Shown here piece after piece: positions 13,185-26,786 of a stretch of DNA of 64,000 nucleotides. The notes beneath the pieces are model-generated. The model was not told the origin of the DNA and ran no database searches. It saw only the letters and a program-made list of their open reading frames with translations. A program made the translations under genes and the position numbers. Source of the stretch: Phoronis australis (lineage: Eukaryota > Animalia > Phoronida); contig NMRA01000083.1 of NCBI GenBank assembly GCA_002633005.1, forward strand, positions 7,537-71,536. The letters are read 5' to 3'. Numbering within the stretch: the first letter of the stretch is position 1; every line of letters begins with the position of its first letter.

Positions 13185-13450
13185 AACTAGAGGAATTCTC
13201 TTAATGAAAATGTACTCACGATGTCCACACTGTGTTACCTGATGAAAAAACGACTTCGTAAACTTGTCACCTCCGGTTACTTCAAACTGGAAAAGAGTTC
13301 CGTTGATTCAAACTGTAAAGTTGTTCCGTTGCTTGCGATCTTTAGTTGCGTAAAATAAATCGGTTTTAGGTAGGAGCGCCCACCACCATCTGCAATTAAT
13401 TACCACGAATGTGACATTAGCATGCTGCGTTCTCTAGGTTGCATAACACT
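13185..13450 (+). repeat. Dispersed repeat, homologous to 45912-46180
   Basis: Shared blocks such as tgtactcac.atgtccaca...gatgaaaaaacgacttcgtaaac.tgtcacct and aggttgcataac. Confidence 0.8.
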
Positions 13451-14149
13451 CTGGCGTCAGACCTAAGCTGGCAACGTGGTTATTCGAGAACACTTCGCAC
13501 TTGTAAAATGGAGCATTGGAGAGCATAATGTACTGTCGGTCTTATTTTCTTCCGGCGAACATGTTTGATCATTCGCTATAAATGTAGAATGTGCTTTACT
13601 GGCCAATTCACCAAGTCCAAACATAGATGAATCTAAAAGCAACAGGTAGTTACTAGGAGAATAAGGCACAGGCGCAAGAGCAAAGCACAGACGGGGGCTC
13701 GATCTCTTTATTTCTGAACCGTCGATTTAAAAATAGCTCAAAGTAATTTTCTCATTTAGTTGCAAAACTAGTTAACAAAAAAGACAACTGCACAGGGCAT
13801 TCTTTAAACGCACTCACCCGTGGCCCTGGCTCTATGCCGGGAATATGCTGGCCTCTGATATCTTTTCAGCTCCAGTCTTAACGCTACTTTCGACAACCTA
13901 TCAAACTACTTATTAGGAGTTTTTCCACGAGACATCTTTGGGTGTTAAAACATGTTACAGTGACTTTTGGTTTCGAATTCTGAGTGTTTGTTGTGAAATT
14001 ATAAAAGAAAAATTTAGTCCCTACTAACAGGTGTGTTTGAGTAATCTAGGAAAAACTATTGCGTAGCTAATTGTGCACGTGCATGTGTACAAGTAATTTG
14101 TGTTTGTGTGTGTGGGGGGTATGCTTGTGTGTGCTTGTGCATACATGTA

Positions 14150-16656
14150 TCAGGTGTAAAAAAGTGAGCCACGTTTTGGCAAGTACTTACTCAGCAATTA
14201 ATTGACCCACCGACTTCGTTCAAAATTTTGGCCATGTATCTTTAGAGTGCCATCAACAAGTCTACAAAGTACCTCAGAGAAATATAAAAAATATAGAAGT
14301 ACTGAGAAATTCAATACACTAGCAAGATGAAAAATGCAATATCCTATAACTTTCATCGTGTTCAAAAATTGCTTGCCTGGGTCTCAAGTCTATTGTTTTT
14401 ATTGTCAGATTTGTATCCAAATCAGTTCTGTCCAATATTAAGGTGTGTAAGGATGCCTTAATTGAATGAAAGTGATAAATTTACTAGTGAAACCTGTTTC
14501 AAGGAGAAAGGGTGGGGCGGAAGAAGAATCGTAAGGGAGTTCCCATGAAAAGTGTGGACCAGTGTCACTGAGAATAGACTCATTGCTGTAACATTTTTGA
14601 TGAAAAATGTTAAAATTATATAACGATTTACTATAAATCGATGATTAAATTTAAGAACAAATGTGTTAATTAATATCAGTTAACTATTTTGAAAGTCACA
14701 AATATGTTAGAACAGGACTTGTTATTGTAAACAACTTGTTGTGGTAAACTTGAGTATTGCGCAATTTCTTCAGAAAAGCTTTAGTTCTGCTAAGTTCTCA
14801 GGTCAGTTCTGACAAACAGGATATGATCATCAAAATATGTTTCGGAGTGGTCAACTTTAGGTGGGTTGATTCTAAGAGACACCCACGCCGATGTACTTAT
14901 GCCTTGACCAGTGTCCATGTGATGTTTAGTCATATCTTAGAGTATAAATATTTCTGGAGCAAACATAAGCGTCATTCTCAAAAGAAAAAGTTAGGAGACG
15001 AGGAAGCTCAGTAACTTTGGAGAATCATAAAGGCAGATCACCGAGTATGTAGAGTTTCAAGGAGTGTGTTCAGTCACTGACAAGGATCACACTGATACAC
15101 AAAACAAGAATTGGATGTTCATGCGTGGTTAAGATGAAAGGGGGCAATTTCTGTAAGTCTCATTAGAGTTTATGAGCTATGAAATGTTCTAGGATATAAT
15201 ATGTTTTAAGATAAATGTTGGTTTGGTAAATGTGATTTAAAGTTCATATACTGAGTCAGTTAGATTTGAGTAATTTTGAATAATTTCTTAGAGTGACTAT
15301 TGTTGACAATTTAATTTAGATTCGGCTTTACATAATATTGTCATTTATTTAGAGTATTTTGTGTATTTTCATACATTTACAGTTCTCACACGGTTCTCAC
15401 ACGGTTCTCACAAGGATTCAAAGTTTTCACTGAGGTTCCAAGTGGAATTAGTAAATAAAATCATCCCGTCAAACTCGGACTTTGATTTTGTCTGTCCAAC
15501 GCAGAACATTACAATTGCTAAAATACGCAACACAGAGTCTGTTGCGCGTAAAAGTAGCAGTGGGAGACCAGAGACTGCGTGATCGAAAGAAAACGAGGAT
15601 CGTGTTGATGCAATCCCAGGAGGACACGCCGGTGAATAACACATCGGTGAAAGAAGTCGTAAGCGATTTACAAGTGAGCAAGTCTTCTGTGCAAAGAATG
15701 ACGAAAAAACTTGAGCTAAAACCCTTCAAAAGAATGTCGGTATTATAGAAATATTAAAATGTTTGAAGGAAAAGAAAAACTCGATACAGATACTTGCATG
15801 ACAGCTATCCAGCCACTGATGTGAAAAGAATCATTTTCACTGATGAAAAAAATTACGCTAGAAATCGCTAAAAATCGCCAAAACGATCGTGTTTATGGGA
15901 AACAAAAACGAGAAAATCAACCTTCACGACTCTATCATGAGAATTCCATATTTTCCGAAAAAAGTAATGGTTTCCGCTGGAGTATCTTGGGGAAGGAAAA
16001 ACAATTCTTCATTTTATTGACACTGATAGCGCCAAAGTTAACAGACAGAGCTACATGCAGTTATTGGGTGAAAATCTTCTCCCGGATTGCAGGCGACTCG
16101 TTTATCCTGGAAAGTTACTAGTTTCAGCAAGATGGGGCTCCTTAACACATGATCAAAATAACCCACTGACAGGCTCATCTGTAGGAGTCCACACCAAAAG
16201 TGATCAAAAAGGATGATTGGCCTACGCTCAGTCCTGACTGCAGACCAATGTACTGTACCATATGGGACTCTGAATAAGAAAGTTTACCGGGAAATGAGGG
16301 ACAAATTGACTTAGCAGGAGTTAAAAGACAGAATAATTATTGCACGGGAGGAAATCTGATGAAAGAAATGCGGAAAAGCATTTCAGTGGTTGGAAGAAAC
16401 GGCTCCGTTTAGTCGTGGAGGAAAATAGAGGCCACATTGAGCATAGACTGAAATAAGCGAGCTTTCCTATTTGATACTTTATTTCTTGACGCTTTAAATT
16501 TCACAGTACTCGCACAATTGGACACAACCTCTTTAATATTTTACACATTGGTTAATAATATCCTATAGTTCATCGGCAAGAATTTTTTTTAAAATCAATT
16601 TATCTGTTGCTGAGAAATTAATTGTCAAAAAGTGGCTCGCTTTTTGGGACACCTGA
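14150..16656 (+). mobile_element. Full-length but defective Tc1/mariner element (maT/DD37D-like)
   Basis: TA flanks (14148-49, 16657-58). TIRs TCAGGTGT..AAAAGTGAGCCAC / GTGGCTCGCTTTTTGGGACACCTGA. Transposase remnants GRP, IIFTDEK, NRQNDRVY, VMVSAGVS, FQQDGAP and WPTLSPD. Confidence 0.9.
15480..16456 (+). pseudogene. Tc1/mariner transposase pseudogene
   Basis: Frameshifted HTH and DDD core. There are 39 codons, including stops, between QQD and the third acidic position, which now reads Y. Confidence 0.85.
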
Positions 16657-17224
16657 TACATAATTTACAATTTTCTATTGTTTTCATGATAAGTCATTTG
16701 TGCAGTGTTTACCTGTTGCCTAGATACTTTATTGTTTTATATTGATTTCTGAGCAGTAATGTTATTTGTAATATTTGCCTATACCCATGAAATAAAATTA
16801 AAGAGTCCAACCCAAAATTTTGTGTTATAAACAGCGTACGTCGTTGGGCGCTTCTGGGTATTACGTCTCCCGTTCGACAAAAATCGCTGTCGGGACATTT
16901 CTGTGTGTTGCGAAAAATACCGGTCACTACAGAGTCTTTGGTGTTGCGGTGAACGTTTCACCCTTACAGTTTGACATAGACGATTTGTGCGGAGGTCCCG
17001 CTTTTCAACCCAGATGTCCCGTTTTTTTTTCATAGTCGAATGTTGACAACTATGAAACTGATGTTAAAAACAACATTTCCTCTTGGTTATGAATATTGTT
17101 TTTTTTTTCAGAATTCTTTTTCTTTGGTAACATAACAATAGTAAAATGCGTTCCAATGTTTCGTGTATATGGTAAGACACACTACAATAATGTTTACTTT
17201 GTGAAGAAACGAGTTTAGTTCTAA

Positions 17225-17750
17225 ACCTTCCACACTGCAACCAATGTAATGAGCTATCCACAGTAAATTCCAAAGTTACATAATAGATGTTCGCCATATT
17301 TTATCTTTCAGAAAACACTTACATGTATCTACAAATTTTGGATAGGTAGTTGGAGTAATTAGTGTATCATATTTTTGTAAATGTCATTACATTCGGAACT
17401 TTTACTGAAGATTGTAATTGTATCAATCGGCACCAAAGGTCTAATTAATATATAAAGATGTATAATTTTGTATATAAGTCCGTGACTAGATTAATCTTCA
17501 CAGTAACTGTGAGGGACCCATATCCTAAAAATCTTGGTCTTTATCCGGTAACAATCCTTTTAACCAGTGAAACTATTTCCCTTCTGGTCTAATTAGTCAT
17601 TTATATAGGCCTCTCTGCTTCATTTCATTTTTATCTTACATTACACCCTAAATTAATTATAATTACATTAAATTAGTTGATAATTAATTGATCAGCCAAT
17701 GAGTACATTAACGGTTTCGTTTTACATTCTGTTATTTTTCGCATTTTAGT
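17225..17750 (+). repeat. Diverged direct duplicate of ~32887-33285
   Basis: Shared ccaatgtaatgagctatccacag...ataatagatgtt...cagaaaac...ttttgtaaatgtca...tttactgaaga.tgtaattgtatca...caccaaaggtc and ctctgcttcatttc...attacaccct. Confidence 0.8.
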
Positions 17751-19049
17751 TTCAAGAACTTTTTAACCCTGCCAGGTATACAAACTAATAATTGTGAAAC
17801 ATTTTTTTCTTCTGTCATACACTCGGTTGAAAAACGGCGAAGTGTGAAAAATTTTAATGATAGACGGAGACATTTTCCCATTGGCCTAGTGTTGAAATCA
17901 TATTTGTTATTATTTCCAGGTTAGGTTCATGGTTTCGGTATCGTATCAGAGCTCGTGTTGTGCTTGACCATGTGGATATATTTTAAGGAAATAGAGAACT
18001 TTCGAAATTACTGTAGTTCGTCTAGATGACTTTACGTTACGCGTACAAGCTAGGCAGCGGTTGTACCGATGACTGGCTTTCCGAATCGCTCAATCGCAAA
18101 CAGATGGTCCTCCGATTGACAATGTTTGGGGCCAATTAGATCGCAAATAATCCAAAAACATTGATGAATTTTATTCAGAAAAAATGTTTGGTTATAACAA
18201 TTCTAAACTTGCTTCCTTTGTACTATAAAAACATTCCACCCTAAGCCCTATATTCCATAGCAAGAAACAAAAGAATGCAAACAAGTCTCAAGCATGCGTG
18301 ACACAACCTCAGTCGCGCCAGGTTGAAGTACACATTCCAAGTCTACAGGTCTTTAGACCTCCGCCCCTATGCGAAAAGTCACGTGATACCCGACATTCGA
18401 ACGAGATATCAGAGGCAAATACACTGTCGCTAAACGACGTTCCTGGTGGAATCGATGAGTGTTTTTGCACTATTTGAAAACGCTTCGACAGAGACAAGAG
18501 GCGATGCTTTTCAACAGAGAATCGTACGTTCATGATATGGGAATTTGTAAAGGCGAGGATGAAAAAATGGCTCGAGGAGCCAGCGAAAATCCGAAGAAAC
18601 CCTCTGCCTCGAGGCCACCTTCACCTGACAAATGACAAGGCCACTGATACGATATGTTCATGTTAAGCTGGGTATGTACCTTAAAGTCGAATTATCTGTA
18701 CGCTTCCATAGATTTCATGATCTTTTGAATAAAATTAGTGAAGATTCACCGATATTTTTATTCTGTCGTCTGCTAAATTTCGCCAAATAAAAAGTAGGTC
18801 ACAACTGGTGGGTCTCCTGGAGTAAAGTAGGTCATAGATTACAGACAACACGTGCATGCACTATAGTCTCTGACTAGGTCGACTCGACAGCACTTTTTAC
18901 GCTTTTCTAATCTTGTAACGAAATATTTTGATCAAAAAAATTCAGGTTCATAGCTCATGCACACGTTCATCTCGTCCTAGGCAAACAGTTAGCTCGGGCG
19001 GGGTAGGTCTAAGACTGTGTCTAAGTCAGTCAAGTTAATGTCTGGAACT

Positions 19050-19372
19050 CAGTGGCGGATCTAGGATACCACAAGGGGGGTCCAACATGTTGCCTCGTGG
19101 AATTGGGCAAAGTGCAATTGTATGTACACAGGCGGCCCGAAAGTTGCAGGGGCCTGGGATGCAAACCTTTGGACCTTCTGTTCAGAAAATCTATCAGTGG
19201 ACTAAATAAAACAGGAACACGATTCCGCCGCGATCTGGGGTCTGAGCCCCCCTCTTCCGCTACCGGTCCTAGTTACTGAACTCAATATTTCCTCACGCTT
19301 CACGCACTTACTATTTCATTTTGCTTGCGGGGGGCTGGGGCCCTGCCCCCCCCCCCCCTAAATCCGCCTATG
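19050..19372. mobile_element. hAT-like MITE remnant(s)
   Basis: CAGTGGCGGATCTAGG...G-run at the start and C-run..TAAATCCGCCTATG at the end. Same terminal type at 53483 and 60792. No clean TSD. Confidence 0.5.
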
Positions 19373-22179
19373 AAATTGTCCGTTTGCACCATTAAGACAT
19401 TTAAATTAGGCCTACCTTCTTACGAACTTGGCATTTTTTGTAGTTTCATTCAATAAAGGAAGCTTTCATTTAATTTTGAAGGTAGCATTATCACTAAGTC
19501 GTGCTATGGTTACAAAGATTACAAGTTGCAAAAGATAGGGTATCTACAAAAATAACTCAAATTCCTTTAAAGCCTCATAAATCTAAATATCATGTTTGAA
19601 AAACTTCAAAACGAGCTCTGTCTAACTCTACAGACATTGTGTATACTAGAGGTACACGTCAAAAAGTAATTCAACAGTTTATGTTTAGTGACAACAACTC
19701 GACCAAGGCTTTGAGTTACCGGCAGTAATCCAGTGCCCCTCCCTGTGCAGATCCAATCTCTGAATCGCCCACCGATCAACCTCATCCACTACTTGCACTC
19801 TCTTGTTGACTACAAAGCTAGCCATCTTCTTGTTTTCACACGTGTTCCATTACAACTACAAGCTAATTATCGAAATTGGCGAAATTCCGCGATTATCAGT
19901 TTTCCGGTTAGTGTAGTACGCCGCGAGTAAAGTGGTTTGGCATGCACTGGGCCATTAGCCGCGATGTTTTAAAAGTTATTGACATCTAATTTAGTCACTG
20001 TGTGTTGTTTATAGATGCTTCAATGTAGCTTAGTTCTATATTAAAAGAATAATCCACGCGATATTGTTAACTCTGATTAGCGTTTGTAAATCTACCGAGT
20101 ATGTGAATACGCACAGTTGTTAATCTTGAATCGTACCCACTGTTCGTAGTTTTTAGCTTAAAAGTTCATCAATTGTTAAAATTCTAAAACCCAACTTAAC
20201 TGTTTTTTCCATCTGAATACCGCTCTGGTATTTGTTTTTACCGAAAACTGTTGGTTAATGCATTTTGAAATTTCGCCAGTATGTACAGGCAGAGATGTTT
20301 ACTACAGTTTGTGGTCCCCTAACTATACTTAACTGGGTCTTGCTCGTACCGGACAATGCGGTAATCGCAAATTAGTCCGATTCTGGCGCCGCGCTCTCTT
20401 TTATCCAGGTAAAAGCCGCTCAGGAGGACGAGCGGTGAAAAGCCACGCATATCTTTAGAAATCCGTGACTTTCGTGTAAGCGTGTTATTCACGGCGTGCG
20501 GTCTGCAGGTATTAAAATACTAAAAACATATAACGAAATGAAACCAGTTCCGATAATTTGTTGTGTCATGTACGCAGCTTCGTGGAAGAGAAGAACAGCT
20601 GATTGAAGAATCGGGAAAAAAATGGCTAATGAAAGCCGACCCAAAAGAACGCATCACAATTTTAGCAGCAGAATAACGGCAGAACGACAATTTTTGCCGA
20701 GCTCAGATTAATAATTTAGTTTACTCAAGGAAAAGTGTCGTCAATAACACTAATTTTGTGAAAATTTTAATTGTTCAGTTTTTTAACCACATCGACCCAA
20801 AGCTATATATTTAGTATACAGCTTTGCCGCACCAAGGCTAACGCCCATTTTTTGACTTGATTAAAACGTCAAATTGGAGAAAATGAATTTCAGTTTGTTC
20901 TAAAACTTCTGCAGTGGATAAAATTATAGTTATTTAGCTTAAAAGTGTAACATGATTGCTTTGTGTTTAGATAAATTTTGACCTTTCTTTATAAGTGGCA
21001 TACCGCAGCAGTGGCTGGTGAAGTAAAACTCCACGTTTCATAAAGCGAAGTGAGTACGAGACTCGACTGTTTACAAATAAACCAAAGGCCAATGTCACAG
21101 TACATGTTGCTGACCACGCGGGACAAGAAAAGATCATTGTAACTAAATCATTATATACAAAGAAGCTTTATAAACCATTACAAATCTTTTCTTCACAAAT
21201 TCTGTCCTGAGTACTGCATATTTTGTACACAATGGTGTGTGATAATTGTGCCTCACATTCTCGTGGTTTTCAATTCATTTCCGAAGTGTGTAGAAAAGTT
21301 TGTACTTTTAACTTCTCGCGGCGTATTCGAATTAAACGACGAGGGTTTGACTTTTAAGGACTGTGTTATTCACTGATGCAGTAACTGTGAATCTACAATA
21401 CGATAATAAAAGTAAAGCAGCGTAAGACTAAGACTACGACTAAGACTGGGATTAAATTCACAAAACTAAAGAAATGTAAGACTAAGTTGACTAAAATATC
21501 AAATAGCTATAATGCCGTCAAAATATATCAATGTAGAACTATACTAGACTATGTATAACGGCGAGCTATACGCGATAGTGTATTACCAGATATGTTGAAG
21601 TTACGCGTCAAAGAACATTATCTGAAATAGACACCTTTAAAACAAATTATGTGAAACTCACAACTTTAGCGCCAGTGACTTATATATATTATACGCACAA
21701 AGATCATTATTCAGGGATCGTCTTAACCTAAATAATGTAAACCGGTAACGACAGGTTACAATCCAGTGCACCGAATGTAATGGTGCGAAACTTCACATTT
21801 GTAAAGAATGAACTACATTATTAATTGAACCGGATCTGAATAGTGTCGAATGTTTTGAAGAAAATTCAAACAAGACTTGGTCGACTCAAGTCATTTAATT
21901 AACCTTCCAATAAAACCAGTGAAAACGCCAACAATTTTCAAACAAGTAACAATCACAAGTAATTAAAATTAAGTTGTGAACTAATGTACATGCACTACGT
22001 CTAGGCGTAAACGTGGGCTACTGCTATTCTCAAGATTCTTCACATTCCACGCGCCAAATAACAGGGGTCCCTATTCATTCAACTATTTCCTGATATGAAC
22101 AGACTCTCTCGTCTACGCGGTGAATCTATTGGTACTTTTGTTTAAGATGGAAAAAAATTTCTCAGTCAATATTATGATT

Positions 22180-22900
22180 ATATTGCATAGTCAGTAACTA
22201 CTTCTTTGTAAATAGTGTGTCCATGTCTCCTCCTGACATTGCTGGGGCTCTCTGACTCCCAATTCTTTCCTGTGCTCAGATATCCACGTGACCGGATTTC
22301 GACCAGATTCTCAGACGTCCACAGATTCAGATTTACAGATAGAAAATGGCACGTTATACACATCGCAGGCACACTTGTAAGTATCTATCTTGCCCTTAGG
22401 ATAGACCAAGAGATTCCGGAAAGATTTAGCTTTCTTAGGCGCACTTCAGCCAGTCCCTTAATGTTTGGCAACACTACCGCTCGAACGTGTAAAGATTTTC
22501 AGTGACGCACCAGCTTTCCAGTTGATTTCTGTGGGCTTCACATAGATCATAAAATTCGTTTCCTAGCAAGAATCGGACAACTTTATTCCTTTCCTAGACA
22601 CTTCGCGTGCGTATAAGCGTGTTCGTTCGTGAAGGCGCGCCTTTTGACACCACCACCGCTTCTGATCCAGCAAGCGACGGTAGATTTGTGTCGTCACAAA
22701 AGAGAAGGAGACCTCCACTGATTGCTCGAGTCATCACGAACAGAAAACGCAGATGAAAGAACTTAAGTCATGAGAAAAGACATCATACCAGCAGAGGGGA
22801 TTATCGAAGGTGGATTGCTCTGCAGCCATTGCCGGAGAAACTAGGCGTGAAAATGAACACTAAGGTAACTTGCCAAGGTTTGTGATTTTGGATGGGTAAG
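22180..22900 (-). mobile_element. Penelope-like element fragment (GIY-YIG endonuclease region)
   Basis: Minus frame 22442-22258 reads FRNLLVYPKGK...DVYNVPFSICK...V*ESGRNPVTWISEHRKE, matching the Penelope pattern LVHPKD...VYxIPCxxC...YVGETGR...RIxEH. LPNIKGLAE lies upstream. Confidence 0.7.
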
Positions 22901-23480
22901 CTCACCAACTAGTAACACACGGGGCCCGCTCGATCGTCGAGTCCGGGACATTTTGGAATTCAGGCCTTACTCTGTGATTCCCGGACCGGCCCTTTTACCA
23001 CACCCTTTTCCCCAATCCGGTATCGTGCGCAATAGTGCACCTACGTCCAACAATCCATTCATGTGGGTGTTTACCCATGTGTCGGTTTTTGTGCAATAAC
23101 GCATCCATCAGAAGATATTTTCGTCAGTCATTGTTGATAAAAGCCCAGCGTTAAGCATAATTACTAGACTGTCTGCATCTCAAGCATACCTTGCATATTT
23201 CCTAAGTGGAGCGTGAGTGTCAAGGATGTCTGATGAATATCTGTCGAAGAAGTTTGACCAAAAACTTAACTATGACTTGTACGTACAGCATGATCGCTTA
23301 TGTGAGAAAAACTTGCGATCATCGGTGGTTATAGCTTATATAGGATAAAGGCTCTGGGGAAGGTAGGATATTTGCATCTAAAGGAGATAGATGCAGAACT
23401 TAATATACCGCGTCTGCTTATATTCGTCGCATAGTGTTGACGACATTTTATGAAAAACATAAGGTACGGCTTATGTCAAG

Positions 23481-24502
23481 CTAGTTAAACATCTTAAGAC
23501 GTGGAAACTGTTGCTTGGGACTTCTACACCTGCCAGCACTCCACCAGTTTTGAAGGTTTTCATACGTTTTGTGTTTAAGACTCCCTTGGTGAATTTTGTT
23601 GCACAGAGTACAAAAAGCGTTCATATATTTGTTTTCCTCGACCCCATTGGTATAGTGGGTTCGTTTCCAGTCAAAGTAGCTGTTAAACAGCGTTTCGTTA
23701 ACCGAAACCTTGCGGATATATCGAGCTAACTCTTCTATTGATGCGTAGTCAGCCACATTTATGTAACTATTAGGCGGTAGTATCTCACTGTAATTGGCGC
23801 CTCCATAAACAATTGGTATTAAACCAAAAGGTCTGTAAGTCTTGAAAAGTTTTTCAGTGGCATAATAGTCACAAAGGCTGTTCTCAAAGGCTAAGTAAAA
23901 TTTATATTGCGACATAATTTTGTTTTCACAGTCCGTGTTGCACCGCGCTTCACCGCAACCACCAAAAACATCCACTTTTACAAATTTTTTAAGTTGCGCA
24001 ACCACATCTTGTCGGCGACTCGATGGGCGGCAATTGCTAACAAACCAAAGAATGTCTTTTGTCCTATTCTTGAATGAATTGTGAGTTTTTAGTGGCGTGC
24101 ATGGTTTGTGTCTCCTGAAGAATCGCCCGTAGGGCACTGGTATGTCTGAATCTGGTCGATAGGTCATTGTGTAGTTGAACATGCCGGCGAAACGATTCAG
24201 GTTAGGAGTGTGAACTGGCGATTCCAATAAAAAGAATATGACATACTGCCATGGTTGTCGAGCTTTCGGTAAAGGTGGAACCGGATTTCTTGGGTGTATT
24301 AAAATCGCCTTGCTTTCACTAAAGCGCGATTTCACATTTGTAATTTCACATGTCACGTTGCACACTGATACATAGTTGTTCTTTCCCACGCCTATGCCCC
24401 ACCCAGTACTTGAAAAAAAGTTTGTCCAGAACAGAATCACTGGCGGCTTCGGTTGTCCTCTCGGTTTCACTGACGTATTCAGTTTTTGCTGATAAACGGT
24501 TT
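23481..24502 (-). CDS. Alpha-1,3/4-fucosyltransferase (GT10 family), catalytic exon
   Basis: Intact ORF with the GT10 motif YKFYLAFENSLCDYYATEK, plus LESPVH, FNYTMTYRPDSDIPVPYG, WFVSNC and FCTLC. The ORF-track start is a GTG. The frame stays open back to a tttcag| acceptor at 24502 (phase 1). Stop TAG at 23481-23483. Confidence 0.95.
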
Positions 24503-24955
24503 CTGAAATGAGATATAACGTTTATTTTAAAAGAACGGACTAACTGCTCATTAATGACAACTTAGCCAAATGTGTAATTCTCGGTCAAAATAACATTCCA
24601 GAAAAACGTGTACAATTCTTAACTTTGCGAAGGACTAATTGCAAGGTATCATAGTTAATGAATTGAAGAGGGCGAAATTTCATTAAATACTGCCTTCATA
24701 CACAAAACATTTTTTGTTTTGTAAACACATGTCATTTTCATGGTATGCGGACAATATTGAGACGTACCGGAATAACGCAAAGCGTTTATATACGCCCAAA
24801 GTGCAGAGGGAGAAGCAAGCTTCTAGGGGTGTTGTCAGTTTCGTTTAAGGTAAAAGGAGACGACAACCAAATCAAAGGGGTAGCTGCAGAAGTCAAAATT
24901 GACAAAAAAGTGTTTCTACCTCACCTCTCAAAAGTAACATCAAATCAAAAGGTTT

Positions 24956-26018
24956 AACAAGAGCAACGCAGAGCGCCCACAATTGCACCGTATAAGGTAT
25001 CCTTCTAGGGTTGTTTATTGGTACCATAAAGTGCCCAGTAGAGGGCATATATGTAGTATGTTGTACTTTGCAAAATGGAAAGGCATGGTCATTGTCTTCT
25101 CAATAGGCTAAGGGGCAAAATGTGAGTGATCTTCATAATACAAGCACATCCTATACATCAGTTGCTTAAAGCACCACAGAAACATAGAATTAAAAACCAA
25201 TTTACCAACATACGAGATTAGCACAGCATTAGAATGCCAGAAACAAATTTCTACTTGGAGCTTTTCCTTCATAGTCACGCACTAACACAAAGTATACACC
25301 TGAAGACCTATGAAAATACAGAGGTCAATGTAAAATACTTAAATTGCCACTAGAGGCATACCTGTAGTCAGAATCATCCTAAAGTCGTCATCGTCCGTTG
25401 TCAACATCACATAAATACACTAACTTGCTAAATTTAGTAAAGATCCTGCAAACGGTTTGGGAGATACAGCCATGGGCGCAAAAAAATGGCCACTAGGAGG
25501 CGCCACAGTAGTCGAAATCGTCGGAAAATCATCGTCAACCGTCCTCTACATAGTAAGCATATACATGCCAATTTTCACAATCATCCTTTGAGCGGTTTGG
25601 CTGATAGAGGGGTGGACGCACAAAAACAGACTCGAAAACAGTAAAAATGGCCACTAGGTGGCGCAAACTACGTCGAATCCATCTGAAAACAGGAGGATAG
25701 CGTCATCTCACTAATAGGTGCCTACATACCAAATTTCATGAAAATCCGTTCAGGACTTTTGAAGATACAAAGGTAAGCGTAAAAAACTAAAATTGCCACT
25801 AGGGGGCACACCGGTAGTCGGATCCGTCCGAAAGTTCGCACATGCCGTCCCATTCATGAATGGAACATATGTGACAAATTTCATGAACATATGTCAAAGA
25901 GTTTTGGAGATAGAGCAGCGGACGCCGGACGGACGCCGGACGGACGCCGCCCGTGCGGACGGACGGACGGAGATGACTGCATAATGCGTCCACAAATAAA
26001 TTTGTGGGCGCATAAAAA
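24956..26018 (+). mobile_element. HINE/DINE-1-like (Helentron-derived) element, complete copy
   Basis: Starts AACAAGAG. Subterminal inverted repeat gcgcccacaa / ttgtgggcgc. Internal ~145-160 bp units, then a (CGGA/GACG)n microsatellite. Terminal stem-loop atgcgtccacaaat..tttgtgggcgcat followed by an A-run. Confidence 0.85.
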
Positions 26019-26786
26019 TGAAAGTTTTCAACATTTGTAACACAAAAATTAGCATGTCTAGTTTACTTTTTTCATAAAGAACAATCATGAGATTTGGCAT
26101 GTACGAAGACATATACAAAGTGGCATCAAAGGCAATCAGATACTAAATGGAATCTGCTCAAAACTAGTAGCTGCCAACTTCTCCAAATTACAGCGGCCCT
26201 TCAAAGCTGCTGTAACTGTCAAATCCGCTCGAAAATCGAGTGGTAAAGGCGCATTGCTGTCACGTAGCTGTGTGTTAAGTATTATTGAAATCTGACAATT
26301 GCTTTTCTTGATACCATACGCAAATTTCTTTTCCTGAAATTTCTAAAAATTCCCTCTTCAAAACATAAATGGCAACTAGGCATTGTTGCAAGGGTCGAAT
26401 TTGCTCAGAAATCGTCATCTGTTGGAGCATTCTTGCCATATATGTCTTTAAAAGGTCACGCTTGCGTGTTTGGCAGATTTTTCAAGTTTTTCTCCAAAAT
26501 TTTTCGGGTTGTCGAGGGTTACAGAGCATTATTTCGTTTCAAAAGAGTTGTACGGGAAAGTTTTTATCATTTTTTAATCGGCCAAAACCGGATTTGATAT
26601 GCTTTTAAGTTTCATTGAAATCTGTCAATTAGTTCTCTACATATCATCCGCAATGCTCTTCCCCAAAATGTCTGAAAAACCCCGCCTGTCGCCCCGGGCA
26701 TGGGTAGATTGAAGAGTGGCATACGCTGCCCTTGCGATACGACCACAGGTTTTTGAGATGACGAGCACACAACTGAACAACAGCAC

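Noticed and set aside
13120-13805. Possible TTAA-flanked element boundaries around the dispersed repeat
   Set aside because: The putative termini do not match as inverted repeats and the left site is TGAA.
18309-18650. Possible additional THAP remnant on the minus strand (PFFHPRLYKFP...SKRF)
   Set aside because: Too degenerate; the key Cys/Trp/His residues are not recoverable.
19720-19825. Short minus-strand ATG-to-donor exon (MASFVVNKRVQVVDEVDRW..., faintly Tudor-like)
   Set aside because: No downstream exons found and the similarity is too weak to support.
24468-24470. ORF-track start 'MKPRGQ' for the fucosyltransferase
   Set aside because: The codon is GTG inside an exon. A splice acceptor lies 32 nt upstream and the signal anchor is on another exon.
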